Shown piece by piece: positions 9,299 to 18,247 of a stretch of 64,000 bases of DNA (position 1 is the stretch's first letter; every line of letters begins with the position of its first letter). Both the position numbers and the translations under genes were made by a program. Source of the stretch: an uncultured Verrucomicrobiae bacterium (GTDB taxonomy: Bacteria > Verrucomicrobiota > Verrucomicrobiia > Limisphaerales > UBA11358). The DNA lies in contig CAWAYP010000005.1 in NCBI GenBank assembly GCA_963786375.1, positions 80,036-144,035 on the forward strand, written 5' to 3'. The notes beneath the pieces were generated by a model that was not told the DNA's origin, made no database searches, and saw nothing but the letters and a program-made list of their open reading frames with translations.

Positions 9299-9522
9299 GG
9301 CACGGACGCCGATCCGCTGGCCCACAAGGGCGAATGGGAAAAACGATTGGCGAAGGTCAGCAAACAGTCCCAATTCCAGCATTGATCGGGGTGGAGTGCG
9401 GGTTCCCGGATTCGCAGCAGGTTTGTTGATCATATTGATTTGCAGAGCGGCTGCCGTTTTGCAAGGGTATGGCGTTGTGCAAAACGCACGGGGATTTCAG
9501 TTTTTGAGCGGTAGCTTCAAAT

Positions 9523-10842
9523 ATGCCTGAGAACGATCTGGATGGTGGTGAAGACCGCAGCCAAGCGAAGGCGGAAGGATTGGGGCGGGGCGGGACGGAT
9601 GGTTTTTTTCCCGTGTCCCGGATGTTGTGGATAACCTGTCTGGTCCAATTTGTCCTGCTGCTGGCGCTGGCGTTTGCGCTCTGGCATGCTCCCAAACCTG
9701 ATTCCGACCGTCCCATTGCCCCGTCCTCGCCGGCGTCCGTTTCATCCGATGTCTATTTCAAGGGCAATCCCGGCCCGTGGGGACAACTGGAATACGCGCG
9801 CATCCAACTCAAGCCGTCCGATGAATTCATTCCCACCGACGCGCATTGCTTCGGTCCGACGCGCTGGTTTTTTGAGGGTTATACGCGTCCGGCGTTGAGC
9901 CATTTTTTCGATCAATGCGGACTGACGGCGTCGCAACTGGCCGGATTGAAGGATCCGGCCATATGGCAGGACCAACCCAGCGGCATTGAAGTCATGCCGC
10001 CGGATGATCTGGTCTTGGGGCTGGCTGAACCGGCGCGTGAGCGGATTTATTCCGTGCTGGCCCGGAGCCGGTTGAACATATTGCATTTGTGGCCGTTCAA
10101 ATCCCGTGAAGGCGGGGTTGATGAATGGTTTGGGCAAAGCGGCTTGAGCGCCGGGACCCTGGCGTTGTTGAGGCAGCTGACCTATTCGCGGGGCGGGCGC
10201 CTTTGCTTTTCTGATCTGTCCATTGTGTATCCGCGCATTTCCACAAGTGAAGAACGGCGGCGATTGATCAAGACGCTGGCCAGCACATCCGCGTTGCTGG
10301 TGAAATTACAGGTCAAGCCGGACAGTGATGTTGCGGCGCTCGCCGATTACTGGTCCAAGGGCCAGCGCACCAAGGATATTCAGGCCCTGCTTGAATCCCT
10401 GAAAAATATTCCCGGCGGGATGACGATTGACGTGACCCATTTGCTTCCTCCATTTGCCCGCAAACGCCTTTATACCTTTCCCGTACCGCCGCTGAACAGT
10501 GCCAAAGTGGGCTGGCCCGATTGCAATTGGACGGCCATGAATTTTTTCAACGACCCCCCGGACGACCGTTTTTATGATTCCGACGTCTGGATGAATGAGC
10601 TGCATCAGAACTACACTGAGGTGAAGCAGGCGACCTTTGGTGATTTGATTGTTTTCTTCCGGCCCGATGGGTTTCCGATCCACATGGTGGTTTTCATTGC
10701 CGACGACATTGTCTTCACCAAAAATGGCAGCAGCAGCTGGCATCCCTGGACGCTTATGAAATGGGACGATCTGATGGCGGACTACACCCTGGACTATGTG
10801 CCGGCCTACATCGTTTTCCATCCGAAAGAACAGACGGAGTAG
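9523..10842 (+). CDS. membrane-anchored hypothetical protein with possible C-terminal papain-like (NlpC/P60-type) Cys-His fold
   Basis: TM helix MLWITCLVQFVLLLALAFALW (alternative start at 9622). C-terminal pattern DCNWTAMNFF, then ~50 aa, then GDLIVFF..PIHMVVFIADDIVFTKNG resembles the C...GDLxFF...H core of NlpC/P60 enzymes. Confidence 0.5.
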   Translation: MPENDLDGGEDRSQAKAEGLGRGGTDGFFPVSRMLWITCLVQFVLLLALAFALWHAPKPDSDRPIAPSSPASVSSDVYFKGNPGPWGQLEYARIQLKPSDEFIPTDAHCFGPTRWFFEGYTRPALSHFFDQCGLTASQLAGLKDPAIWQDQPSGIEVMPPDDLVLGLAEPARERIYSVLARSRLNILHLWPFKSREGGVDEWFGQSGLSAGTLALLRQLTYSRGGRLCFSDLSIVYPRISTSEERRRLIKTLASTSALLVKLQVKPDSDVAALADYWSKGQRTKDIQALLESLKNIPGGMTIDVTHLLPPFARKRLYTFPVPPLNSAKVGWPDCNWTAMNFFNDPPDDRFYDSDVWMNELHQNYTEVKQATFGDLIVFFRPDGFPIHMVVFIADDIVFTKNGSSSWHPWTLMKWDDLMADYTLDYVPAYIVFHPKEQTE

Positions 10843-10989
10843 GATTCAAGCTGTGGCGGGAACAAACCAAGCCCTGCGCGGGACAAAATCCAAGAGTCAT
10901 TTGTCCTGGTCGTTCAAGATCGGCAAGCGGATTCCTGGTTGACCAAATCCCGAACGCACTGCCTGGAAGCGTGTCAAAATAACGGTGTT

Positions 10990-11163
10990 ATGAAGTTGAG
11001 CTTGGGACAATTGCTGTTTCCGCGCATCCCAGAGTACCAGCGCCGCCACCAACTGCGCCTTTTGTTGGCGTCTTTGATGGCGGGTCTGATCATTTCAGGA
11101 ATCATTGTCGTTGTGATGCTCATGAGCGATCAGATGACGAAACATTGGCTGGCCAGACTTTGA
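10990..11163 (+). CDS. small single-pass membrane protein (57 aa), hypothetical
   Basis: MKLSLGQLL...LLLASLMAGLIISGIIVVVMLM hydrophobic span; no recognisable family. Confidence 0.35.
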   Translation: MKLSLGQLLFPRIPEYQRRHQLRLLLASLMAGLIISGIIVVVMLMSDQMTKHWLARL

Positions 11164-11302
11164 TTGATTGAAGGACAGGGTGGATGATTGATTGAGCGCG
11201 CACGGATGGTTCGGTTAAGGTGGCGGAAAACCAGCGAAATTCGCGTTTGGATTTGAGGGGAAACACCTATTTTTAGACATCTAAAATTCCTCAAAAAAAC
11301 TC

Positions 11303-11330
11303 TTGCATCGAAAGGGGCTTTTGATAGTTT
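11303..11330 (+). promoter_or_regulatory. promoter re-initiating the distal S10 operon at rplB (TTGCAT-16 nt-TAGTTT)
   Basis: CTTGCATCG, 16-17 nt spacer, -10, then CTTCGCTCCGTTTC. Near copy of the rpsL promoter (CTTGCATCG...TATATTCCGCGCTCCGTTTC). A-rich UP-like tract at 11285-11300. Confidence 0.6.
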
Positions 11331-11492
11331 CTTCGCTCCGTTTCGCTCGGAAGACAGGCTCTTGTTGCGCACCAGCGCGGCCAGTCACCTTGGGAAAATG
11401 GACAGCATGTTTGCAGACCGATAACTGATTCCCTGCCGGGACAGGAATGATGGCCTGCCGACTTCAAAGTTGCTGCTGAAACTTTTGATTTT

Positions 11493-12347
11493 ATGCCAGT
11501 TAAGACATTTAGACCGCTAACGCCGTCTCTGCGCTACGTCACGTACGCGGATTTCAGCGAGATTACGAAGACGAAGCCCGAAAAGGGGCTGGTCGTCACG
11601 CGGAAGAAGACCGGTGGCCGCAACGCCTATGGTCGCGTGACGGCGCGCGGTATTGGCGGCGGGCATAAACAGAAGATCCGGCTCGTGGATTTCAAGCGCA
11701 ACAAGCACGGTGTGGAGGCGACGGTCGCGGCGATTGAGTACGATCCGATGCGTTCGGCGCGGCTGGCCTTGCTGCAATACCAGGACGGCGAAAAGAGTTA
11801 CATCATAGCGCCGGCGGGGATTAAAGTCGGCGGCACCATTTCCAGCGGGCCAACGGCCCCGCCGGAAATCGGCAATGCGCTGCCGCTCAAGGCGATTCCG
11901 GTCGGCCTGGCGATTCACAACATCGAACTGACGCCGGGTCGCGGCGGGCAGGTGGTGCGTTCAGCGGGCGGCGCGGCGACGTTGATGTCGCGGGACGAAG
12001 GTTACGCGCAGATTCGTCTGCCCTCGGGTGAAATCCGGCGGATCAACGAGGAGTGCTACGCAACGATTGGCCAGGTGGGCAACGCGGAGCATGAGAACGT
12101 GATTTTGGGCAAGGCGGGCCGTTCGCGGCATCGCGGCATTCGCGGCATCACGCGCGGCGTGGCGCGGAATCCGGTTGACCATCCGAATGGCGGCGGCGCT
12201 GGCAAGTCCAAGGGCGGCGGCGGCTGGCAGCAATTGACTTCGCCGTGGGGCTTTGTCGCGAAGGGCGGCAAAACACGCCCCAAATACAAGCACTCAAACC
12301 GTTTCATTATTGTGCGCCGCAACGGTCTGCCGATGAAGATCAAATAA
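11493..12347 (+). CDS. rplB: 50S ribosomal protein L2
   Basis: 284 aa; [14 protein letters not shown]...[13 protein letters not shown]...[10 protein letters not shown]. Confidence 0.97.
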   Translation: MPVKTFRPLTPSLRYVTYADFSEITKTKPEKGLVVTRKKTGGRNAYGRVTARGIGGGHKQKIRLVDFKRNKHGVEATVAAIEYDPMRSARLALLQYQDGEKSYIIAPAGIKVGGTISSGPTAPPEIGNALPLKAIPVGLAIHNIELTPGRGGQVVRSAGGAATLMSRDEGYAQIRLPSGEIRRINEECYATIGQVGNAEHENVILGKAGRSRHRGIRGITRGVARNPVDHPNGGGAGKSKGGGGWQQLTSPWGFVAKGGKTRPKYKHSNRFIIVRRNGLPMKIK

Positions 12348-12351
12348 TTTT

Positions 12352-12633
12352 ATGGGACGCTCGATTAAAAAAGGTCCGTTTATTGATTTCCACCTGCTGG
12401 ACAAAATCCAGAAGGCGAAGGACACGAAGTCCAAGACGCCGATCAAGACGTGGTCGCGGCGTTCGATGATCACGCCGGATTTCGTCGGGCTGACGTTCAC
12501 CGTGCATAACGGCAAGGTTTTTAATCCGGTGTTTGTGACGGAAAACATGGTCGGCCACCGGCTCGGAGAATTTTCCCCGACGCGCGTGTTCAAGAAGCAC
12601 GGCGCACACACGGCCAAGGCGGAGGCGAAATAA
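12352..12633 (+). CDS. rpsS: 30S ribosomal protein S19
   Basis: [16 protein letters not shown]...[29 protein letters not shown]. Confidence 0.97.
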   Translation: MGRSIKKGPFIDFHLLDKIQKAKDTKSKTPIKTWSRRSMITPDFVGLTFTVHNGKVFNPVFVTENMVGHRLGEFSPTRVFKKHGAHTAKAEAK

Positions 12634-12634
12634 C

Positions 12635-12967
12635 ATGGAAGTTTTCGCGATCTTGAAAAATGTGCCGATGTCCGCGCAAAAGATGCGCGAGGTGGTGCGG
12701 CAGATCCAGGGGCTGCCGGCCTTGCAGGCGCAGGCGGTGCTGCAGGTGGTTCCGCGCAAAGGGGCGCGGCTGGTGGCCAAGACGCTCCGGTCGGCCATCG
12801 CCAACGCGGAGAACAACAACAAACTCAAGCCGGAAAGTTTGCGCATCAAGGAAGCCGTCGCCGGCACGGCGATGACCATCAAACGTTTCACCCCCAAAGC
12901 GCGCGGTTCCGCCGGACCAATCCTCAAACGACGTTGTCACATCAAAATCACCTTGTCAGACGAATAG
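12635..12967 (+). CDS. rplV: 50S ribosomal protein L22
   Basis: 110 aa; ...[14 protein letters not shown]...[14 protein letters not shown]...[17 protein letters not shown]. Confidence 0.95.
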   Translation: MEVFAILKNVPMSAQKMREVVRQIQGLPALQAQAVLQVVPRKGARLVAKTLRSAIANAENNNKLKPESLRIKEAVAGTAMTIKRFTPKARGSAGPILKRRCHIKITLSDE

Positions 12968-12968
12968 T

Positions 12969-13649
12969 ATGGGCCAAAAAACAAATCCAATCGGTCTGCG
13001 TGTCGGCGTCAATCATGACTGGCGCTCGAAGTGGTTCGCCGGCAAGAAGGAATTCGGCCCGCTGCTCAACGAGGACCGGCAAATCCGCGAATTGCTCAAA
13101 AAGAAACTTGAAACGGCGTCCGTGCCGAAAATTTTGATTGAGCGCGCGACGAACCGCTGCCGGGTGACGATTCTAACCGCCCGCCCGGGCGTGGTCATTG
13201 GCCGCAAAGGCTCGGAAATTGACAAGCTCAAGGAAGAATTGAGCCGCATGACGGGCAAGGAAGTCTATGTGGACATTGTCGAGGTGAAGACGCCGGAGCT
13301 CGACGCGCAGCTGGTGGCGGAAAATGTCGCGCTGCAATTGGAGCGTCGCGTGTCGTTCCGGCGCGCGATGAAAAAGGCGTTGCAGACCGCGAAGGATTTT
13401 GGCGCGGAAGGCATCAAGATTCGTTGCGCGGGCCGGTTGGGCGGCGCCGAGCTGGCGCGCGTCGAACAATATCACTGGGGCCGCGTGCCGTTGCACACGT
13501 TGCGCGCGAACATTGATTACGGTTTTGCCGAGGCGCACACCCTTTATGGCAAGCTCGGCGTCAAATGCTGGATTTGCCGGGGCGAAAACAAGCCGCAGAA
13601 GAAGGAACAGCCGGGACCGCCGGCGGTCGAAGCGGTGCCGGTCAAATGA
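12969..13649 (+). CDS. rpsC: 30S ribosomal protein S3
   Basis: [24 protein letters not shown]...; KH domain; 226 aa. Confidence 0.97.
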   Translation: MGQKTNPIGLRVGVNHDWRSKWFAGKKEFGPLLNEDRQIRELLKKKLETASVPKILIERATNRCRVTILTARPGVVIGRKGSEIDKLKEELSRMTGKEVYVDIVEVKTPELDAQLVAENVALQLERRVSFRRAMKKALQTAKDFGAEGIKIRCAGRLGGAELARVEQYHWGRVPLHTLRANIDYGFAEAHTLYGKLGVKCWICRGENKPQKKEQPGPPAVEAVPVK

Positions 13650-13666
13650 AGAACGAGCGTATCACC

Positions 13667-13693
13667 TTAACCATTTAACGATTTAACGAACCT
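13667..13693 (+). promoter_or_regulatory. tandem ATTTAAC octamer leader immediately upstream of rplP
   Basis: TTAAC|CATTTAAC|GATTTAAC|GAACCT-ATG. The 25-mer TTAACCATTTAACGATTTAACGAAC is identical to 16588-16612. Confidence 0.6.
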
Positions 13694-14116
13694 ATGCCGT
13701 TGATGCCTGAAAGAGTGAAGTACCGCAAGATGCACCGCGGGAATCGCGCGGGTCTGGCGACCCGCGGCAACGCGGTCGCGTTCGGCGAATATGGATTGAT
13801 GGCGCTGGAGCGTTGCTGGATGGACTCCAAGCAGCTTGAAGCGGCCCGCGTGGCGATTGCCCGCAACATGAAACGGCGCGGCAAGATGTGGATTCGCGTG
13901 TTCCCGCAGAAGTCGTTCACGAAGAAGCCGCTCGAAACCCGAATGGGCAAGGGCAAAGCGCCTTTGGAAGGCTGGGTGGCGGTGATTCGTCCCGCGAACG
14001 TGTTGTTTGAAGTGGACGGCATCACGGAAATAGAAGCGCGCGAGTCGTTGCGGCTGGCGGCGACGAAATTGCCCATCAAAACGAAATTTATCGCGCGGCA
14101 CCGGCGGGCGGCTTAA
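13694..14116 (+). CDS. rplP: 50S ribosomal protein L16
   Basis: [20 protein letters not shown]...[20 protein letters not shown]-like core. Confidence 0.97.
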   Translation: MPLMPERVKYRKMHRGNRAGLATRGNAVAFGEYGLMALERCWMDSKQLEAARVAIARNMKRRGKMWIRVFPQKSFTKKPLETRMGKGKAPLEGWVAVIRPANVLFEVDGITEIEARESLRLAATKLPIKTKFIARHRRAA

Positions 14117-14122
14117 CTGATT

Positions 14123-14320
14123 ATGAAATTTTCGGAAATGAAAGACATGACGCTGGTGGAGTTGGCGGCCAAGAGCCGCGACCTGCGCCATGAAATGTTT
14201 AACCTGCGTTTGCAGCAGGCAAGCGCGCAATTGGAAAAACCGGCGCGCCTGCACGTGTTGCGCCGGGACATTGCGCGTCTGGAAACGCGCATCTCGCAAC
14301 TGCGCAACAAAGCGGCTTAA
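14123..14320 (+). CDS. rpmC: 50S ribosomal protein L29
   Basis: 65 aa; ...ELAAKSRDLRHEMFNLRLQQA...; operon position. Confidence 0.93.
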   Translation: MKFSEMKDMTLVELAAKSRDLRHEMFNLRLQQASAQLEKPARLHVLRRDIARLETRISQLRNKAA

Positions 14321-14324
14321 TTGT

Positions 14325-14633
14325 ATGGCTGACACAGTAATTTTAACGAAAACGGCAACCGGGCGCGGGCACCGCAAGCAGCGCGAAGGCGAAGTCATCT
14401 CCAACAAGATGGCCAAGACCATCGTGGTGCGCGTCCAACGCCGTTTTCCGCATCCGCGGTTCCACAAGGTCGTGACCGCGTATCGGAAATTTTACGCCCA
14501 CGACGAAAAAGGCGAGGCGAAGCCGGGCGACCGCGTGCGCATTGAGGAAACGCGGCCCCTGTCGAAAACCAAACGCTGGCGGCTCATTGCCGTGGTTGAG
14601 CGCAACCCGGTGGAAACCACCGCGGCAGCCTGA
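14325..14633 (+). CDS. rpsQ: 30S ribosomal protein S17
   Basis: Start at ATG 14325 (MADTVIL...); [31 protein letters not shown]...[14 protein letters not shown]. Confidence 0.93.
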   Translation: MADTVILTKTATGRGHRKQREGEVISNKMAKTIVVRVQRRFPHPRFHKVVTAYRKFYAHDEKGEAKPGDRVRIEETRPLSKTKRWRLIAVVERNPVETTAAA

Positions 14634-14644
14634 TCGGATTTTTT

Positions 14645-15010
14645 ATGTTGCAAGTTCGTTCTCATTTGGATGTTGCGGACAACACCGGCGCCAGGGTCGC
14701 CTGGGCCATCGGCGTGTTGGGCCGCAACCAGCGTTACGCCCGCGTGGGCGACGTGATCAAGGTGCATATCAAGGATGCCGCGCCGGACGGTCAGGTAAAA
14801 AAAGGCGAGGTGCATAACGCGGTGATTGTCCGCACCCGGCAGCCGATCCGCCGCAATGACGGCTCGTATCTGCGCTTTGACAGCAACGCAGTGGTCATCA
14901 TTGACCCGGAATTGAACCCGAAGGGCACGCGAATTTTCGGTCCGGTGGCGCGCGAATTGCGCGACAAGAAATTCATGAAAATTGTTTCGCTCGCGCCGGA
15001 GGTGATTTGA
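14645..15010 (+). CDS. rplN: 50S ribosomal protein L14
   Basis: [17 protein letters not shown]...; 121 aa. Confidence 0.97.
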   Translation: MLQVRSHLDVADNTGARVAWAIGVLGRNQRYARVGDVIKVHIKDAAPDGQVKKGEVHNAVIVRTRQPIRRNDGSYLRFDSNAVVIIDPELNPKGTRIFGPVARELRDKKFMKIVSLAPEVI

Positions 15011-15014
15011 AGTT

Positions 15015-15293
15015 ATGCCAAAATTGCATGTGAAAAAGGGCGATGAAGTAGTCGTGCTGGCCGGCGCCGAAAAAGGCAAGCGCGGCAAGATCATAGCCGT
15101 CAGTCCGAGTAAAAACCGGGCGATTGTCGAGGGTTTGAAAATGATCAAGCGCCATACGCGCAAAAGCCAGGACCACCCGCAGGGCGCGATTATGGAACGG
15201 GAGGGCACGATTCACCTCTCGAACCTGATGAAGATTGACCGGTTCGACGCGCGGGCGGCCAGGCATGGAAAGGCGGAACCCGCCCCGGCTTGA
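15015..15293 (+). CDS. rplX: 50S ribosomal protein L24
   Basis: MPKLHVKKGDEVVVLAGAEKGKRGKI (KOW motif). Confidence 0.95.
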   Translation: MPKLHVKKGDEVVVLAGAEKGKRGKIIAVSPSKNRAIVEGLKMIKRHTRKSQDHPQGAIMEREGTIHLSNLMKIDRFDARAARHGKAEPAPA

Positions 15294-15320
15294 GGCGGCA
15301 ATTGGAATGAAGCAATGAAG

Positions 15321-15339
15321 TCACGGCAAAATCCGTGAC
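15321..15339 (+). promoter_or_regulatory. 19-nt hairpin TCACGGCAAAATCCGTGAC, 8 nt before the rplE ATG
   Basis: 6-bp stem TCACGG/CCGTGA with CAAAAT loop. An identical 19-mer at 17161-17179 precedes rplR. Confidence 0.6.
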
Positions 15340-15346
15340 CCCAAAA

Positions 15347-15889
15347 ATGAAAGCGAGACTTTACAACAAATACGTGAACGAAGTGGTGCCGGCCCTGAAG
15401 GAAAAGCACAAATTCGCCAACGTTCACCAGGTTCCCCGGATGGTGAAAATTGTGGTGAACATGGGCGTGAGCGCGTCGCTGGAAAAAACGGCGATTGAGG
15501 ACGCGGCCAAGGACCTGGCGCTGATCACCGGACGCAAGGCGGCCATCAGCAAGTCGCGCCACAGCATTGCCAATTTCAAGCTGCGCGAGGGACAGCCCAT
15601 CGGCTGCCGGGTGACGTTGCGCCGTGACGCGATGTACGAATTTTTCGACCGGCTGGTGGCGACAGCGCTGCCGCGCATTCGCGACTTTCGTGGATTGTCA
15701 CCGCGCAAGTTTGACGGCCGGGGCAATTACACGTTCGGCGTGGCCGACCAGACGATTTTCCCGGAGATTGAACTGGACAAGATCAAACGCCAGCAGGGCA
15801 TGGACATCACGATAGTGACCAGCGCCAAAAATGACGGCGCGGCGCTGGATTTTTTGAAATTGATGGGCTTCCCCCTCGCTGAAAAATAA
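15347..15889 (+). CDS. rplE: 50S ribosomal protein L5
   Basis: [43 protein letters not shown] at 15347 is preferred over GTG at 15335, which lies inside the hairpin. Confidence 0.95.
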   Translation: MKARLYNKYVNEVVPALKEKHKFANVHQVPRMVKIVVNMGVSASLEKTAIEDAAKDLALITGRKAAISKSRHSIANFKLREGQPIGCRVTLRRDAMYEFFDRLVATALPRIRDFRGLSPRKFDGRGNYTFGVADQTIFPEIELDKIKRQQGMDITIVTSAKNDGAALDFLKLMGFPLAEK

Positions 15890-15896
15890 AACGATT

Positions 15897-16166
15897 ATGG
15901 CCAAGAAAGCATGGAGAGAGCGCAACAAGCGCAAGGCGGAAACGGTGAAAAAGTACGCCGCGATTCGCGCGGAATTGAAGGCCAAGCGCGATTACGCCGG
16001 CCTCGCCAAATTGCCGCGCGATGCCAGCCCGTCGCGGCTGGTGAATCGCTGCGCGATGAGCGGACGCCGCCACGGTTATCTCCGCAAATTTGGCGTTTCG
16101 CGCCTCACGTTTCGTGAAGCCGCGTTGAACGGTTTGATTCCGGGCGTGGTAAAGGCCAGTTGGTAA
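15897..16166 (+). CDS. rpsN: 30S ribosomal protein S14
   Basis: [21 protein letters not shown]...[19 protein letters not shown]...ASW. Confidence 0.95.
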   Translation: MAKKAWRERNKRKAETVKKYAAIRAELKAKRDYAGLAKLPRDASPSRLVNRCAMSGRRHGYLRKFGVSRLTFREAALNGLIPGVVKASW

Positions 16167-16189
16167 GCTGATTTAGACACGATTTTGAT

Positions 16190-16576
16190 ATGACTGATCC
16201 GATTTCTGACATGTTGACCCGCATCCGCAACGCCGGCCACGCGCTGCTGCCGACGGTTGCCGTGCCGCATTCCCGCCTGAAGGAGAATATTGCGGCCATT
16301 TTGAAAAAAGAAGGCTATGTCGCCGACGTGGCCGTCGAGGGCGGTGTCCCCAAGACCATCAGCATTAAACTGAAGTACCAGGGCAAAAAGGCCGTGATTG
16401 AAGGATTGCGCCGCATCAGCCGGCCGGGATTGCGTCATTACGTCGGTGCGACGGAAATTCCCCGCGTGCGCGGCGGCCTGGGGGTGGCGGTGATTTCGAC
16501 GCCGGAAGGCGTGATGACGGACGTGCAAGCCCGCAAGAAAAACCTGGGCGGCGAATTGCTTTGCTACGTCTGGTGA
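16190..16576 (+). CDS. rpsH: 30S ribosomal protein S8
   Basis: MTDPISDMLTRIRNA...; 128 aa. Confidence 0.97.
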   Translation: MTDPISDMLTRIRNAGHALLPTVAVPHSRLKENIAAILKKEGYVADVAVEGGVPKTISIKLKYQGKKAVIEGLRRISRPGLRHYVGATEIPRVRGGLGVAVISTPEGVMTDVQARKKNLGGELLCYVW

Positions 16577-16581
16577 GGTTC

Positions 16582-16614
16582 AACGATTTAACCATTTAAC
16601 GATTTAACGAACTC
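16582..16614 (+). promoter_or_regulatory. tandem ATTTAAC octamer leader immediately upstream of rplF
   Basis: GATTTAAC|CATTTAAC|GATTTAAC|GAACTC-ATG; three 8-nt repeats. Confidence 0.6.
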
Positions 16615-17151
16615 ATGTCGCGAATTGGAAAACAGCCGATTGTCATTCCTCCCAAGGTCAAAGTGGAGGTCAAAGGACAGAAAGTCCTGGTTGAAGGCCC
16701 CAAGGGCAAGCTCGACTGGGAATTGCCGCGCCGCACAAGCCTGAAGGTTCAGGATGGCAAAATTGTCGTGAGCCGCGAAGGTGAAGACGCGCAGGCCAAG
16801 GCGTTGCACGGCCTGAGCCGCGCGCTGGTCAACAACATGGTCAAAGGCGTGGCGGAGGGTTTTGTCAAAAAACTCGAAATTCAGGGTGTCGGTTTCAAGG
16901 CCGCCGTGCAGGGCAAGAACGTCAACATGAGTCTCGGTTATTCGCATCCGATCAATTACACGATTCCCGACCAGATTAAAGTAACGGTCGAGGAAAACAC
17001 GAAGCTGACCATCGAAGGTCCGGACAAGCGGGTCGTGGGGCAGGTGGCATCCGAACTTCGCGCGTTTTATCCGCCCGAGCCTTACAAGGGCAAGGGCGTG
17101 CGCTATGTGGGTGAACATGTCCAGCGCAAGGAAGGCAAGACGGTCCAATAA
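16615..17151 (+). CDS. rplF: 50S ribosomal protein L6
   Basis: MSRIGKQPIVIPPKVKVEVKGQKVLVEGPKG...PEPYKGKGVRY. Confidence 0.97.
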   Translation: MSRIGKQPIVIPPKVKVEVKGQKVLVEGPKGKLDWELPRRTSLKVQDGKIVVSREGEDAQAKALHGLSRALVNNMVKGVAEGFVKKLEIQGVGFKAAVQGKNVNMSLGYSHPINYTIPDQIKVTVEENTKLTIEGPDKRVVGQVASELRAFYPPEPYKGKGVRYVGEHVQRKEGKTVQ

Positions 17152-17160
17152 AATTTTGGT

Positions 17161-17179
17161 TCACGGCAAAATCCGTGAC
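17161..17179 (+). promoter_or_regulatory. second copy of hairpin TCACGGCAAAATCCGTGAC, 8 nt before the rplR ATG
   Basis: Identical 19-mer to 15321-15339. Confidence 0.6.
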
Positions 17180-17187
17180 GCATTGAA

Positions 17188-17598
17188 ATGAGAACGGAAA
17201 AAAAACAACGATTGGCGCAACTCCGCCACTGGCGGCTGCGCAGAAAAGTCCGCGGCACCCGGGAACGTCCGCGCATGAGCATCTGCTTCACCAATAAGAA
17301 CATTCATGTCCAGTTTATTGATGATGACGCGGGGGTGACGCTGGCGGCGGCCTCGACGACGAGCAAGGCCACGCCCGACCGCGACAAGCTGGCGGCGAAC
17401 GTGGCCAGCGCCAAGGCCATCGGCAAGCTGGCGGCGGAAACCGCGCTCGCAAAGGGAATCAAGGCCGTTGTTTTCGATCGGGGCGGCGGCCGTTATCACC
17501 GAAGCGAGGGCAAGGGCAAGGACGGCAAGCCGGTGTCGGTGCTCGGCAAGCTGGCGACGCTGGCTGATGCGGCGCGCGCCGCGGGACTGAAATTTTAA
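17188..17598 (+). CDS. rplR: 50S ribosomal protein L18 (with a ~14-aa Lys/Gly-rich insertion near the C-terminus)
   Basis: ...RMSICFTNKNIHVQFIDD...VVFDRGGGRYH[RSEGKGKDGKPVSVL]GKLATLADAARAAGLKF. Confidence 0.93.
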   Translation: MRTEKKQRLAQLRHWRLRRKVRGTRERPRMSICFTNKNIHVQFIDDDAGVTLAAASTTSKATPDRDKLAANVASAKAIGKLAAETALAKGIKAVVFDRGGGRYHRSEGKGKDGKPVSVLGKLATLADAARAAGLKF

Positions 17599-17618
17599 AC
17601 TGTAACCGGAGAATTATT

Positions 17619-18242
17619 GTGGCAGAAATCAACAAAGCTGGAAGTGCAGAACAACGCGAACCGCGCGGCCGGGGCCGCCGGGCCAGGCCGGTTGCCGAAG
17701 GGTCCGAACATCTGGCCGAGGGTGCTGCGGCGGAGGAGTTGACTGAAAAGGTTGTTTACATCAATCGCTCCGCGAAAGTGGTCAAGGGCGGACGCCGCTT
17801 TAATTTCAGCGCCCTCGTGGTTGTAGGCGACAAAAAGGGGCGTGTGGGGGTTGCCCTCGGCAAGGCGGGCGAAGTGGCGGACGCCATCCGCCGCGGTGGC
17901 GAACTGGCCCGCAATCAGATGGTTTCCGTTTCCCTCAAGGACGCGACGATACCGCACGAAGTTTTTTCCGAGTTCGATGGCGCGCGGATTTTGCTGCGCC
18001 CGGCGTCGCCGGGAACCGGGATCATCGCGGGCAAGACCGTGCGGGCGGTTTTGGAATCCGCCGGGGTGAAGGATATTTTGAGCAAATCACTTGGTTCAAA
18101 GAACGCGGCGAATGTGGTGAAGGCGACGCTGAAAGCCTTGTTAAGCCTGCGGCTGCGCGAGGAAATTTACAAGGGCCGCGGTTTGGAAATAAGGAAGGTG
18201 GAGATGCCCAAAACGCCGGAAACCATGCCGGCCACGGCTTGA
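17619..18242 (+). CDS. rpsE: 30S ribosomal protein S5 (N-terminal extension, GTG start)
   Basis: ...EKVVYINRSAKVVKGGRRFNFSALVVVGD...; ~40 extra N-terminal residues. Confidence 0.95.
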   Translation: MAEINKAGSAEQREPRGRGRRARPVAEGSEHLAEGAAAEELTEKVVYINRSAKVVKGGRRFNFSALVVVGDKKGRVGVALGKAGEVADAIRRGGELARNQMVSVSLKDATIPHEVFSEFDGARILLRPASPGTGIIAGKTVRAVLESAGVKDILSKSLGSKNAANVVKATLKALLSLRLREEIYKGRGLEIRKVEMPKTPETMPATA

Positions 18243-18247
18243 TTTTT

